Source: a virus
Taxonomy: Duplodnaviria; Caudoviricetes
DNA: 31,524 nt
Virus record (IMG/VR): IMGVR_UViG_3300020594_000011
Location: 1-31,524 of that record
Reading direction: 5' to 3' (one strand)
Shown one piece after another: positions 1 through 9,271 of the stretch. The notes below the pieces were generated by a model. It made no database searches, had not been told where the DNA came from, and saw nothing but the letters and a program-made list of their open reading frames with translations. Positions within the stretch are counted from its first letter, which is position 1. Every line of letters starts with the position of its first letter. A program made the position numbers and the translations under genes.

Positions 1-286
1 ATTCACAACCCACGACATCCGGGTCGAACTCCTCCAGGACATCGTCAAAGAAGGACGCGATCACCTCCAGCCGGGCCTGGTATTCGCCGCGTAGCAGGAT
101 CTTACCGGGAGAGCGGTCTTCCACGATCCGCCCGGCATCGAAGTTCGTCTGCCAGATCACCGCCGTTTCATGACGGCGGATGTCATGGTCCAGGACAGAC
201 AGGCCCACATGGGAGGACCCGTTATCCACTGCCAGGATCCGCGAGATGAAGGAGCGCGGTCCATCGTACAACACAAGTGGCAACAT
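1..286 (-). CDS. ruvC: RuvC-like Holliday junction resolvase (5' part; runs off the window edge; absent from the ORF track)
   Basis: Manual translation from ATG at 286: MLPLVLYDGPRSFISRILAVDNGSSHVGLSVLD...DVLEEFDPDVVGCE. This fits the RuvC/RNase H-fold pattern (hhhhD-x-G...G-hhh, later P-D-hhh-E), and the frame is open to base 2. Confidence 0.75.
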   Translation of the reverse strand, partial: MLPLVLYDGPRSFISRILAVDNGSSHVGLSVLDHDIRRHETAVIWQTNFDAGRIVEDRSPGKILLRGEYQARLEVIASFFDDVLEEFDPDVVGCE

Positions 287-318
287 AAGACGCGACCGTG
301 GGAGTTACCTCCCACGGT
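281..318 (-). terminator. Hairpin + TATGYYG element overlapping the ruvC start
   Basis: Perfect 10-bp stem (295-304/309-318) with a GTAA (GNRA) loop on the minus strand, followed 7 nt later by TATGTTG (287-281). Confidence 0.55.
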
Positions 319-327
319 TCCATCTGC

Positions 328-1209
328 TTAGGACCCGATGGTCTGGAGGGTCGGGATGGACTGGGTGGCCAGCAGCGGCACCTGGTTGCCCACCTCGAAG
401 TCCAGGTTGAGTTCCTGGCTGTTGTAATACAGCGCCTTGTGGTCGGCGCTGAAGGCGTAGACTTGGCACCCGACCACGTCGAGGAAGTTCACCGGACCGT
501 TGGTGCTGTTCACGGTGTACTGACGATCCGCGCCGGTGCACAGGCAGAACTCGGACATGATCGCGTAGCGCTCATCGCCGTTGTTCAGGATCTTCGCCGC
601 GTTCACGAACTCGGTGATGGCGTTCTGGTCCAGGACCACGCTGCAGATCGCTGATGCGATCAGGCTGACGTCAGTGGTGGTCACCGCGCCCGTCACCGGC
701 AGGTCCGGGACAGACGGGTAGAGGTTGCTCTGGTCCGGGACGAACACCTCTTCGATCGGCGGACTGCCCGGCTCGGTGGTGATGCGCTTCATGACGATGT
801 TGATGTCGTCCGGGGTGATGTGCAGGCGCAGACCCCAGTAGACGTACCACTGCGCGCCATTGATGGTCATTTCGGTGCGCAGGCAGTACTTGGCACGTTC
901 AGCCAGCGTCAGGTCCTGCTCCACGGGCCGGATGCAGAAGGGAATCGGGTTGTAGGGCGCAGCGTTGTCGGCCATGTGGTCGATCACCGAGGTCAGGGCG
1001 ATGCCATTGGTTCCGGGGACGCTGCGGTGACCCCGGTTACCCGCGACCAGGTACGACAGCTTGACCTGTTCGCCCGCCACGGGGCGGTCGTTGCCATTGA
1101 TGCCCAGCCGTTCGTTGATGGTGGCGTTGGCATCGATCACGGGGACATGGCCGAACAGCAGGCCCAGCAGGGCCTTGGCGCCGTAGACAGTAGCTTGAAT
1201 CGTGTTCAT
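328..1209 (-). CDS. phiKZ-family virion structural protein (293 aa)
   Basis: Long ORF with strong GC3 codon bias. The segment PIPFCIRPVEQDLTLAERAKYCLR resembles conserved jumbo-phage virion proteins as I recall them, and the gene lies in a structural operon. Confidence 0.65.
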   Translation of the reverse strand: MNTIQATVYGAKALLGLLFGHVPVIDANATINERLGINGNDRPVAGEQVKLSYLVAGNRGHRSVPGTNGIALTSVIDHMADNAAPYNPIPFCIRPVEQDLTLAERAKYCLRTEMTINGAQWYVYWGLRLHITPDDINIVMKRITTEPGSPPIEEVFVPDQSNLYPSVPDLPVTGAVTTTDVSLIASAICSVVLDQNAITEFVNAAKILNNGDERYAIMSEFCLCTGADRQYTVNSTNGPVNFLDVVGCQVYAFSADHKALYYNSQELNLDFEVGNQVPLLATQSIPTLQTIGS

Positions 1210-1218
1210 GGAAGGTCC

Positions 1219-2235
1219 TTAGAAACGAACGGTGACGGGCGGCACGTAGCCATGGTCGAATTTCTGGTCGCCAGGAACCTGGCTGCTGGCGTAACGGTAG
1301 CCGATCTTGAGCAGACCGCGCAGGTTCGAGCAGCGGTTCGACAGGCGGAGGCATAACACGTAGTTGTAGCTCTCGCACGTCAGCGGTTCGTCCACGGTGA
1401 CGAACCCGTTGTAAACCACAGTGGCCCCATACAGGTTGAAGGGGGCATCACGATCCACCGAGACCCACGCATCATGGGTCAGCGAGTGCAGCAGCTGCGG
1501 GAGTGTGTTCTCTACGCCCAGTTGTGTGTCGGTTTTGTAGCTGTAGAGCACCAGCTCGATCTTCCGCCGCAGTGACGTCGGGAAGACGTCTTCACTGACA
1601 TAGAGCTCGCCCTTGGGAATCAACAGGTCCACGGGCGGTAGATCAGTCCGCCCGTCTGCATAGAAGGCCCGCAGGTCCATGCGCGAATCGATGCCCTTAT
1701 CCAGCAGGGTGATCGAGGGACGGACGTGCACGGTGAGCTCACCGATGAAGATCAGGTGCTGGTCACTGAAACTCAGGCGGAACGTCATGTTCCCGGCTTC
1801 GGGCAGTTCGCTATTCCCGCCTGAGCCTGGATCGAAGCCATCCAGGTCCGGGATGGAGAGGTTCTCTTGGATCGGCTGTGGAATCTGCGTGAAGTCCACC
1901 AGGTCCGATTCCAGGTACAGCCCGCACTGCTTAAAGAGGGCCTTGATCAGCCCCTCTTTGGTCTGGTCGGTGCTGTGGATCGTCAAACTGGACTGCCGGG
2001 CGGCGTCCTGGATGTCCACTCGCCAGTAGGTCAGCGTCTTGGGCTGGTCCTGGAACCCCAGCTCCGAATTCAGGCGGAGCTGGACCTCTGTCAGGCCGTA
2101 GGGCGACTTGGCCACCGGATCCCCGAAGAACAGGTCCGTCGGGGCGAAACGCGTGTTGTTGTGCGCGTTGATGAAGTCCACCAAGATATCCTTGGAGGGC
2201 TTGTCATACCGCGACGTGATAGGGGTGTGAGACAT
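1219..2235 (-). CDS. Virion structural protein, Y-x-R-[LV]-D paralog family (338 aa)
   Basis: RBS GGAGGAG upstream of the ATG. Shares the YWRVDI / YRRLDV / YNRLDL motif with the two adjacent genes. Confidence 0.65.
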   Translation of the reverse strand: MSHTPITSRYDKPSKDILVDFINAHNNTRFAPTDLFFGDPVAKSPYGLTEVQLRLNSELGFQDQPKTLTYWRVDIQDAARQSSLTIHSTDQTKEGLIKALFKQCGLYLESDLVDFTQIPQPIQENLSIPDLDGFDPGSGGNSELPEAGNMTFRLSFSDQHLIFIGELTVHVRPSITLLDKGIDSRMDLRAFYADGRTDLPPVDLLIPKGELYVSEDVFPTSLRRKIELVLYSYKTDTQLGVENTLPQLLHSLTHDAWVSVDRDAPFNLYGATVVYNGFVTVDEPLTCESYNYVLCLRLSNRCSNLRGLLKIGYRYASSQVPGDQKFDHGYVPPVTVRF

Positions 2236-2237
2236 CT

Positions 2238-2939
2238 CTACTCCTCCGGTTCAAAGCCGGGCAGGGAAGTCTGAACAATGACACTGCTCAAGTGAGGATG
2301 GTCTGGAATGTTCAGGCCAGTGAGCGTTCGCTGCGCAACCACGCTGGACAGCTCGATGATGGAAGGTGGCGGGAGCTGCAGGCCGCTGAGCGTGGTGTTG
2401 AGAACCACCAGACTCAGGGCGATGTCCGTGCCATAGTCAGGACCTACCAGGCCATCGAGGATATTGTTCGGGAACGCATCTGCCAGCGAGATAACCTCAC
2501 CGGGTGTATTCAGCACTACTGTGGTTTGACCAACCCACCTGAGCGACTCCGCCTTTGCCACCAACGTGAACGTGTCCGTCTCGATGAGGGCGTTTTCGAA
2601 GTCGTCCTTGTCAATGGCAATGCCCGTCTGCAGGGCTATGTTGTTCACGATCCCCTCCACCGTCAGCGGTGGAGTCAGGTTCAGGCGCAACTCACCAAAG
2701 ACCTCCGCGACGTCCAGGCGACGGTAGCGGTAGGTAAAGGATCCCGTGTAGGGCGAGGGGAGGAAATCGTTCTTCGAATCGAACGCTTCAATCACCACTT
2801 GTGTCTGGTTCTCGGTCAGGGCAGTTAACCCTGAGACCCGAGCGTACTCGGGTCGGAGCATCAGGTTGAAGTGGTTGTTGGCCATGATCAGCAGTGCTAC
2901 GGAGGGTGGATACTTCAGTAGCCGTAGCGTTTCAGACAT
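2238..2939 (-). CDS. Virion structural protein, paralog with four C-terminal L-x8-L-x-G repeats (233 aa)
   Basis: YRYRRLDV and SLRWVG motifs are shared with 2962..3918. The C-terminus carries tandem ~20-aa repeats. Confidence 0.65.
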   Translation of the reverse strand: MSETLRLLKYPPSVALLIMANNHFNLMLRPEYARVSGLTALTENQTQVVIEAFDSKNDFLPSPYTGSFTYRYRRLDVAEVFGELRLNLTPPLTVEGIVNNIALQTGIAIDKDDFENALIETDTFTLVAKAESLRWVGQTTVVLNTPGEVISLADAFPNNILDGLVGPDYGTDIALSLVVLNTTLSGLQLPPPSIIELSSVVAQRTLTGLNIPDHPHLSSVIVQTSLPGFEPEE

Positions 2940-2961
2940 GGGGTGTTATCCATCGGGTGGA

Positions 2962-3918
2962 TTATTGAGTCCTGGTGTAATTGACCCAGACCTCGCCAAC
3001 GTAGCAGAGCGAGGTGGGCGCAAAGCCCACGGCCAGCAGCCGGGTCTCGCCGACTTGCACAGGCGTTATGACTTGACTGGCCAAATCGGCAGTGCCGATG
3101 GTGCACCCCAGGGCGGCGGATAGGGCCGCCGCCAATGTCTGGGTATTGGTCAGTGCACCGCCCGACAGGGCCACCGGGAAGCGCGAGGTCTTCTCGAAAG
3201 CCCGCCGGGCGTAGTAGATGTCGACCGACCCAATATACGGCAGCCCGGAGAACGTCAAGGTCAGCTGGGTGTTATCCCCCGCTTCCGGCAGCCCATTGAC
3301 CACGGGGGTGCCGAGCGAGTACATGGTCGATGTCAAGGGGATCTGCAGCGACAGCGCGTTGGCCATGTTCAGCGACTGGGTCAGCAGGCGCTTGAAATCG
3401 GCCGACTTGAAGCTCTCGGTGTGGGGGAACCCGTAGGTCTGGACCAGGATCATCTTCTCGATGTGGAAGAGGGCGTAGTTCAACATGGCCGAGAACTCCC
3501 CGACCCAGCGGTAGCTGTCCGGGCTGGCAATCAGGCGCGCCGCCCCCAACTGGGTAAAGGTGTCCTCCACCACATCGTCCTCACCCACCGGAATCCCGGC
3601 TTTCTGGAGGATGGTCCCCAGGACCTGCCAGGCTTGCGCCGGCAGGCTGGTCTTCACGGCCTTGGTCATGCCCTGCAGGAAGCTGGTCAGGTCCAGGCGG
3701 TTATAGAAGAACTCCTGCTCCCCTACGATCCCCCACAGTTCCACCGGCGCGCGGGACTTGTCCACCGAGACGGTGACCGAGGTCCGTACCCCGTCCACCG
3801 CCTTCGGCTTTTCAATCCTCAGGTGCGTCGCCAGCAGGGGTTGTTTCAACACCTCCCCTAGCTGGGCGCGCAGCGCATCCAAGGGGTACATCCGCAGTAA
3901 GGTTTCTGGAGCAATCAT
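2962..3918 (-). CDS. Virion structural protein, paralog with duplicated domain (318 aa)
   Basis: First half has FFYNRLDL...SYRWVGE and second half has IYYARRAF...SLCYVGE, indicating internal duplication. GAGG RBS upstream. Confidence 0.65.
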   Translation of the reverse strand: MIAPETLLRMYPLDALRAQLGEVLKQPLLATHLRIEKPKAVDGVRTSVTVSVDKSRAPVELWGIVGEQEFFYNRLDLTSFLQGMTKAVKTSLPAQAWQVLGTILQKAGIPVGEDDVVEDTFTQLGAARLIASPDSYRWVGEFSAMLNYALFHIEKMILVQTYGFPHTESFKSADFKRLLTQSLNMANALSLQIPLTSTMYSLGTPVVNGLPEAGDNTQLTLTFSGLPYIGSVDIYYARRAFEKTSRFPVALSGGALTNTQTLAAALSAALGCTIGTADLASQVITPVQVGETRLLAVGFAPTSLCYVGEVWVNYTRTQ

Positions 3919-3927
3919 TGGTTATCC

Positions 3928-6159
3928 TCAGACACCCAGCAGGAGTCTCCTCCGCGCGTCGGTCAGGGTCTCATAGCCCGCCAGCTCAGTACCCGTGATC
4001 CAGCCATCAAAATCGTCATGGATGACCGGTTCATAGCCGTAGTAGTCGTCTGGTGCCTGCTGGATCGTGGAGAGGTCCACGACCGGCTTACGCAACAGCC
4101 GTACCCGCGGCATGGGCGATTCGATCGGCAGGGTTTTCTTGGTCGAGTGGAGGAGGGTCACATCCGCCTTGACTGGGATCCACTGCCGGATGGTCTCGGC
4201 CTTGGCCTTTACCTCCATGACGTGGGTCGGCGCCTGGACCTCGGTCGCCACCGTGTGGTGCGCTTCGACATCCAAGATGGTCGGGCCGGGGTTCTCCACC
4301 TGCGTCAGCTGATACCCCTCGATGTCTGGGATGGTCAGCTTCGGGAACTTGCCGTCGATGATCTTGAGCGGGCTGTCGTTGATGGTCTGGATGTACTGCA
4401 CCGTGTACGACGAGAGCGTCTTCATGATCCGCAGCATGGCGGCATGGATCGCCCGGGCGGAGTTGGCCAGGGTCAGGTCCGCACCCGTGACGGTCGCCAG
4501 GATGGTCGCGGCAATCTGGTCGTACTCCAGCCGTCCCATGGAGCTGGTGTCGATCTCCATGGACTCCAGCCAGGCATCGTAGGGCATCTCCCCGGCGAGG
4601 TCGATGCGGATGTCCTGGTAGCAGTGGTCGATGACCGTGTGTAGCTGCCCTTCAGCCCGGTAATCCGGGTTGTAGTGCCGCATGGCGCGGTGACGAAGCA
4701 TGACCTCCTGGACCGCTACGCACATTTCCCGGAAGGCATCCACGCTGACATACGACCCGATGTCCACCTGGGTGTCCAGGATGTAGTCGATGTAGTAGTC
4801 CGGCACCCGCTTGGGTTCCGCCAGGTTACGCAGCTCCGTCCAGGTCGGCAGCGGGATCCGCCGGACCCGGTTGGCCGAGAGGATCGGCACGGTTGGCAGT
4901 TCGATGTCGATCGACTTGTTGTACGCGTACAGGTAGAAGATGAACGCGTTCTTGGCCGAGAGGCGGTAGACGTCCCCGTTCGCCGGATTGGTGAACGTGA
5001 CGACGGTGGTGTACCGGTCAAAGTGCGACAGGTAGAGCCAGTGATTCAGCAGCACGTCCGACAGAGTGAAGGGTTCGGCATCCGTCCGGTCCAGGGTGTT
5101 GGATTCCAACATCTTGGTTGGCACCTGACTCCACAGTGAATGGGTCATGGCCTGGCGGGTGTGATCCAGGTTCTCATCCCGGAACTCAGGGTTGTCCCGC
5201 GCCAGCGGGAGTTCCATGTCGAACGCTTCATCCAGGGTCTTGACCCGTCCACCCATCGCCGGTGCGATGCCGTTGATCGGCGTGCGCACCATCTCGATGG
5301 TCGGGGTCAGGTCATCCGGCATGTTCTCGTAGTTCTGCGTCAGGTCATAACCGACGAGGCTGAAGCCTCGATCGGTCAGCACCTTCTGGGTCACGCCTTC
5401 AAAGATGTCCTGACGACCCAAGTTACGGTTCAGGTACCGGATGTTCCGGTACAGCCACAGACGCTGTTTCTGCGTCATGTAGTCGAACTCTTCACCGACC
5501 TCGCTGTTGGAAGTCAGGTACTGGCGGATGTGGTAGCTGTGGGCCTGGTCGGTCTTGCACGCGCGTTTGCGCAGCAGGATAATCTGCATGACCAGGGAGC
5601 TGTAGAGCACTGTCAGGAAACCAGGGTAGTAGTACTGTTCGAACAGGGTGTAGTCCGGGTTGTACCAGCGCACGAACATATGGTCAATATAGGCTTGCAG
5701 ACCCGGGATCAGCTGCTGTTCCGCCGCCTCGACCAGCGAGGTGTCGTAAAAGAGGATCGTATGGTCGCCAGCCGCTATGGCTGTCTCGACGTCGACCGGG
5801 TTCAGGATGCCATTGATCAGCGCACGCTGGTCCGGATACTGCGCCACCAGCTGTTGGTAGTAGCGCGATCCGTAGTAGTACTCCTTCTTGGTACCCCGGT
5901 GAATCGCCAAGGTTTCCTTGGTGAACGGGATCTCCTCGAGCGTGTCGAGCGAGGTCACTGTCATCGGGGTGTCAGATTCGTGGTAGATCCCCGCCAGGTT
6001 CAGGTAGTACTTCCAGCTGTAGGGATCGTTGTCATCGACCGCGTAGCCCTTGATCTTGAGCAGCGCGTTGATGGCGGTCGCCGTGTAGGCGTCCTTGATC
6101 AGAATCGTGGCTGCCAGCCTGATGACGCTTTTGATATAGAGCCTGTAATAGGCGTTCAT
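3928..6159 (-). CDS. Large virion structural protein, phiKZ gp128-like (743 aa)
   Basis: Contains WKYYLNLAGIYH and QRLWLYRNIRYL motifs. Size and head-to-head position next to the portal-like gene match the phiKZ-family arrangement (recalled). Confidence 0.7.
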   Translation of the reverse strand: MNAYYRLYIKSVIRLAATILIKDAYTATAINALLKIKGYAVDDNDPYSWKYYLNLAGIYHESDTPMTVTSLDTLEEIPFTKETLAIHRGTKKEYYYGSRYYQQLVAQYPDQRALINGILNPVDVETAIAAGDHTILFYDTSLVEAAEQQLIPGLQAYIDHMFVRWYNPDYTLFEQYYYPGFLTVLYSSLVMQIILLRKRACKTDQAHSYHIRQYLTSNSEVGEEFDYMTQKQRLWLYRNIRYLNRNLGRQDIFEGVTQKVLTDRGFSLVGYDLTQNYENMPDDLTPTIEMVRTPINGIAPAMGGRVKTLDEAFDMELPLARDNPEFRDENLDHTRQAMTHSLWSQVPTKMLESNTLDRTDAEPFTLSDVLLNHWLYLSHFDRYTTVVTFTNPANGDVYRLSAKNAFIFYLYAYNKSIDIELPTVPILSANRVRRIPLPTWTELRNLAEPKRVPDYYIDYILDTQVDIGSYVSVDAFREMCVAVQEVMLRHRAMRHYNPDYRAEGQLHTVIDHCYQDIRIDLAGEMPYDAWLESMEIDTSSMGRLEYDQIAATILATVTGADLTLANSARAIHAAMLRIMKTLSSYTVQYIQTINDSPLKIIDGKFPKLTIPDIEGYQLTQVENPGPTILDVEAHHTVATEVQAPTHVMEVKAKAETIRQWIPVKADVTLLHSTKKTLPIESPMPRVRLLRKPVVDLSTIQQAPDDYYGYEPVIHDDFDGWITGTELAGYETLTDARRRLLLGV

Positions 6160-6193
6160 GACTTAGCCTCGAACTGAATAAGGAGAGGAGTAG

Positions 6194-9043
6194 ATGAGTA
6201 CCAACGACCGGACCAGTCGGGTCAAAGTCGAGCAGTTCCGGAACATCACGGATGCTGACAAGGCTCTGTTAGGTCGCCTGACCCAGGACCGTACCCAGCG
6301 GAACAAGGGCGATCTGAAGTCGATCGACCTGCTCCCGATCCGCAACGTCTTCCACCGCACGCTGCGCGATGCGTCGGACATCCGGAACATCTTCCAGACG
6401 ATGCCCGACCTGAATCTGCCCCGCGAGATTCTGGTCAGCGCCATCTGCTCCCCGGGTGACCTGACCAAGACCACCCTGATCTTTGGTGACGAGATGCAAG
6501 GGGTGGACTCGGCGTTGACGAGCAGCCTCGACAATGTCCTGGAGGACCACTTCGTCAACGAACGCAAGCTGGCCGCTGACGTGCCGGAATGGGTGGATGA
6601 TGCGCTCATCTGGTCGGGCGCTCACCCGATCATGATCCTCCCCGAAGCCTCCATCGACCGCCTGATTTCACAAGGCGTTGGCAATGCCTCGATGGAGTCT
6701 GTCGCGAGCTTCGGCGGGGAGTGGGATCACGGCTGGTTTAGGCCAAAAGGCATACTCGGCCTGCGCCTCCCCACCCAGGAAGGCGGCCAATACGCCTCGT
6801 TCGAGTCGGCCAACAACCGTGTCAATATGGCCAACATGGCCGACTACCATACCATCAAAACCGTGACGAAGGCCAAGTCGACCGTCACCTTGCCAATCCG
6901 GGTGACCGACAACCTGGCAGCATTGCGGATGCCGGCCGTCCAGCACTTCAAACGGCAGAAAGGGATGGAGCGGGCCTATGGGGTCAGCTCGCTGGAATCC
7001 CGCCGCCGTCAGCGGCAGGCCGACCTGGAGAAGGTCAGGAAGGCAGAAGGTCAGGATGGGAAGAAGATGCCCAGCAACCAGACCATCTACGATCAGTTCT
7101 TCCAGCGTCCGCAGAAGACCTCGCGCAGCCGCCTGGTCGTGGTGCCGACCCTGCGCCAGTCCGAAGGCGACAACAACGGCCACCCGCTGGAGTACCACCT
7201 GGCGACTGAAGCGGTGATGCCAATCTGTGTCCCGGGGGATAACACCAACCGGGTGGGTTACCTGGTGATCCTGGACGGTAACGGCTTCCCCGTATCCTTC
7301 TCCAAGCGCTTGAATTTCTACGACGACATCCGTCGGGGCGCAGCCGGTCCAGGGACGGGTTCGCAGCAGCAGGTCTCTGGGGAGATCCTGCAGATCGCCA
7401 AGGAAACCATGTCGGGCAATATCGCCGATGCCAAGGACTTCGAGATCGACCGCCTGGCGGACCTGCATGGCTCCATCATCGAAGCCGATATCATCGCCCG
7501 CCTGAAGTCGGGGGTGATGGGCGGGGACTTCGAACTGGGGCGGACTGAGCAGATCGATCGCCTGATGCTGGCACGGGCCTTCAAGAACCAGCTGACTACG
7601 CTGCTGTACGTCCCGGCGGAGCTTATGGTCTACATGGCCTATGACTTCAACGAGAACGGGATCGGCAAGTCGATCCTGGAAGACGCCAAGGCCCTGGCCG
7701 CCATGCGAGCGGCGCTGACCGTCGCCTCGGTCATCGGTGCCACCAAGAACGCCATTCCGGGCAAGGACATCAACATCGAGCTGGACCCGGATGACGGTGA
7801 CCCGGTGGGCACCGCCACCTTCATGGCGAACGAAGCGCTGGGCCTGGCCTACCACACCTTCCCGATGAGCATCAGCTCCACGGTCGGTCTGGCGGAACAG
7901 CTCCAGCTGGGCAGCATGTCCATCAACGTCTCAGGCAACCCCCGGTACCCGGAGGTGAAAACCTCCATCACTCCGCGGGAATCCTCGAAGGTCGAAATCG
8001 ACCCCGAGCTGATGAAACAACTGAAGGACGACATGAACCGGGTGTTCTCCCTGACCTCCGAAATGGTGGATGGGGTAAACTCCCCGGACTTCGCCGTCAC
8101 GGTGGTGCAGAACAACCTGATGCTGATGAAACGGGTCATGGCCATCCAGGCGAAGACCAACCCCATGCTCACGGACTACGTGCGCATCTTCACCTGGAAC
8201 TCCGGTCCGTTGGTGGACAAGCTGCTGGATGTCATCGAGCAGAACGCCAACCTGCTGCCCAAGGAATACAAGGAGGATCCCGAAGGCTTCCTGGAAGCCT
8301 GGCTGAACACCATCACGGTGAAACTGCCGGAGCCGGAGTCGGACAACCTGACCAAGCAGCTGGAGACCGCGAAGAACTTCAGCCAAGCCCTGGACGAGCA
8401 CCTGCCGCACTTCATCCGCGAAGAGTACTTCGATGGCTACTCGCCGGACCAGCTGCGCGATGCGCTGCCGACCGTGGTCGCGGCCTGGAAAGGCGTGATC
8501 ATGCGCGACTGGCTGCGTAAGCGCGGTATCCTGCGCGAGCTGGACGTCTTCACCACGGACGAGGACGGCAAGCCGATGGTGAACCTCGAAGACGAGATGG
8601 GTAACCATGTCGATGCGCTGATGAAGTTCCTGGCTGGCTACGGTACCAAGGTGGCGAAGGACGCTGCCAAGCGCAAGGTGTTGCTCGACAAGTTCCTGAC
8701 TGCGGAAGAGAAAGCCAAGGCACTCGCTGACCTGGCCAATGGCTCCGAGGGTGGGGATGAGTTCAACAGTGCTGGCGGAGAGACTCCGGCCGAAGGGGGT
8801 GGTGCAGAGGAAGGTAGTTTCGATGAGAGCGACATGATTCCTGAGGGCGGGGAGGAAACCCCCGGTACGGAGGAAGAAGGTCAATCCACCGAGCCTGAGC
8901 AACAGGAAGAAACTACGGAAGAGGAACCTGAACCCACTGAGGCGGCTACTGAGACTCAGCCCAACGAGGAAGAAGAACCCACTCAAGGGAACGAAGAAGC
9001 TGGCGGTAATGACCAGGCCAGTGACTTCGACTTCAAGTTCTGA
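6194..9043 (+). CDS. Putative portal protein, phiKZ gp129-like (949 aa, acidic C-terminal tail)
   Basis: Strong RBS AGGAGAGGAG. Size, the NENGIGKSILE segment, synteny with the gp128-like gene, and N-terminal S-x-E motifs (ASME, ASFE, SSLE) fit protease-matured jumbo-phage portals. Confidence 0.7.
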   Translation: MSTNDRTSRVKVEQFRNITDADKALLGRLTQDRTQRNKGDLKSIDLLPIRNVFHRTLRDASDIRNIFQTMPDLNLPREILVSAICSPGDLTKTTLIFGDEMQGVDSALTSSLDNVLEDHFVNERKLAADVPEWVDDALIWSGAHPIMILPEASIDRLISQGVGNASMESVASFGGEWDHGWFRPKGILGLRLPTQEGGQYASFESANNRVNMANMADYHTIKTVTKAKSTVTLPIRVTDNLAALRMPAVQHFKRQKGMERAYGVSSLESRRRQRQADLEKVRKAEGQDGKKMPSNQTIYDQFFQRPQKTSRSRLVVVPTLRQSEGDNNGHPLEYHLATEAVMPICVPGDNTNRVGYLVILDGNGFPVSFSKRLNFYDDIRRGAAGPGTGSQQQVSGEILQIAKETMSGNIADAKDFEIDRLADLHGSIIEADIIARLKSGVMGGDFELGRTEQIDRLMLARAFKNQLTTLLYVPAELMVYMAYDFNENGIGKSILEDAKALAAMRAALTVASVIGATKNAIPGKDINIELDPDDGDPVGTATFMANEALGLAYHTFPMSISSTVGLAEQLQLGSMSINVSGNPRYPEVKTSITPRESSKVEIDPELMKQLKDDMNRVFSLTSEMVDGVNSPDFAVTVVQNNLMLMKRVMAIQAKTNPMLTDYVRIFTWNSGPLVDKLLDVIEQNANLLPKEYKEDPEGFLEAWLNTITVKLPEPESDNLTKQLETAKNFSQALDEHLPHFIREEYFDGYSPDQLRDALPTVVAAWKGVIMRDWLRKRGILRELDVFTTDEDGKPMVNLEDEMGNHVDALMKFLAGYGTKVAKDAAKRKVLLDKFLTAEEKAKALADLANGSEGGDEFNSAGGETPAEGGGAEEGSFDESDMIPEGGEETPGTEEEGQSTEPEQQEETTEEEPEPTEAATETQPNEEEEPTQGNEEAGGNDQASDFDFKF

Positions 9044-9045
9044 TC

Positions 9046-9092
9046 GAACCCACTCCCGGTTTCGGCCGGGAGTGGTTCTTTATGCTGTTTTG
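9046..9092 (+). terminator. Terminator after portal (UUCG hairpin + TTTATGCTG)
   Basis: CCACTCCCGGT-TTCG-GCCGGGAGTGG stem-loop immediately after the portal stop codon, followed by TTTATGCTGTTTT. Confidence 0.75.
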
Positions 9093-9187
9093 CTTCACAG
9101 TAACTTTTTACTAAAGGTCATTATTCTTTGCTCGGCTCCGCCCTCTGCCCGTAGGGCTCTATGCGTTAAACTTAAATAGAGGAGTAG

Positions 9188-9231
9188 ACTCCTAGACCTC
9201 CACTAAGGGGTCTAGGAGTGTCTGTATGCTG
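9188..9231 (+). terminator. Second hairpin + TATGCTG element
   Basis: ACTCCTAGACCTC-CACTAA-GGGGTCTAGGAGT (13-bp stem with one G-U pair), followed by GTCTG-TATGCTG. Confidence 0.55.
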
Positions 9232-9234
9232 CGA

Positions 9235-9271
9235 ATATAAAGAATCGCAGTAATACATTGTCCAAGTGAAT
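9235..9271 (+). promoter_or_regulatory. Candidate phage early promoter
   Basis: AT-rich segment CAGTAATACATTGTCCAAGTGAA directly upstream of the accessory cassette. TACATTGT only loosely resembles the phiKZ early TATATTAC motif. Confidence 0.3.

Noticed and set aside
6184-9188. 11-bp direct repeat AGAGGAGTAGA flanking the portal gene (6184-6194, 9178-9188) as an att site or target duplication
   Set aside because: It is short and SD-like, nearly the same word serves as the RBS near 2240 on the minus strand, and the portal is a core gene.
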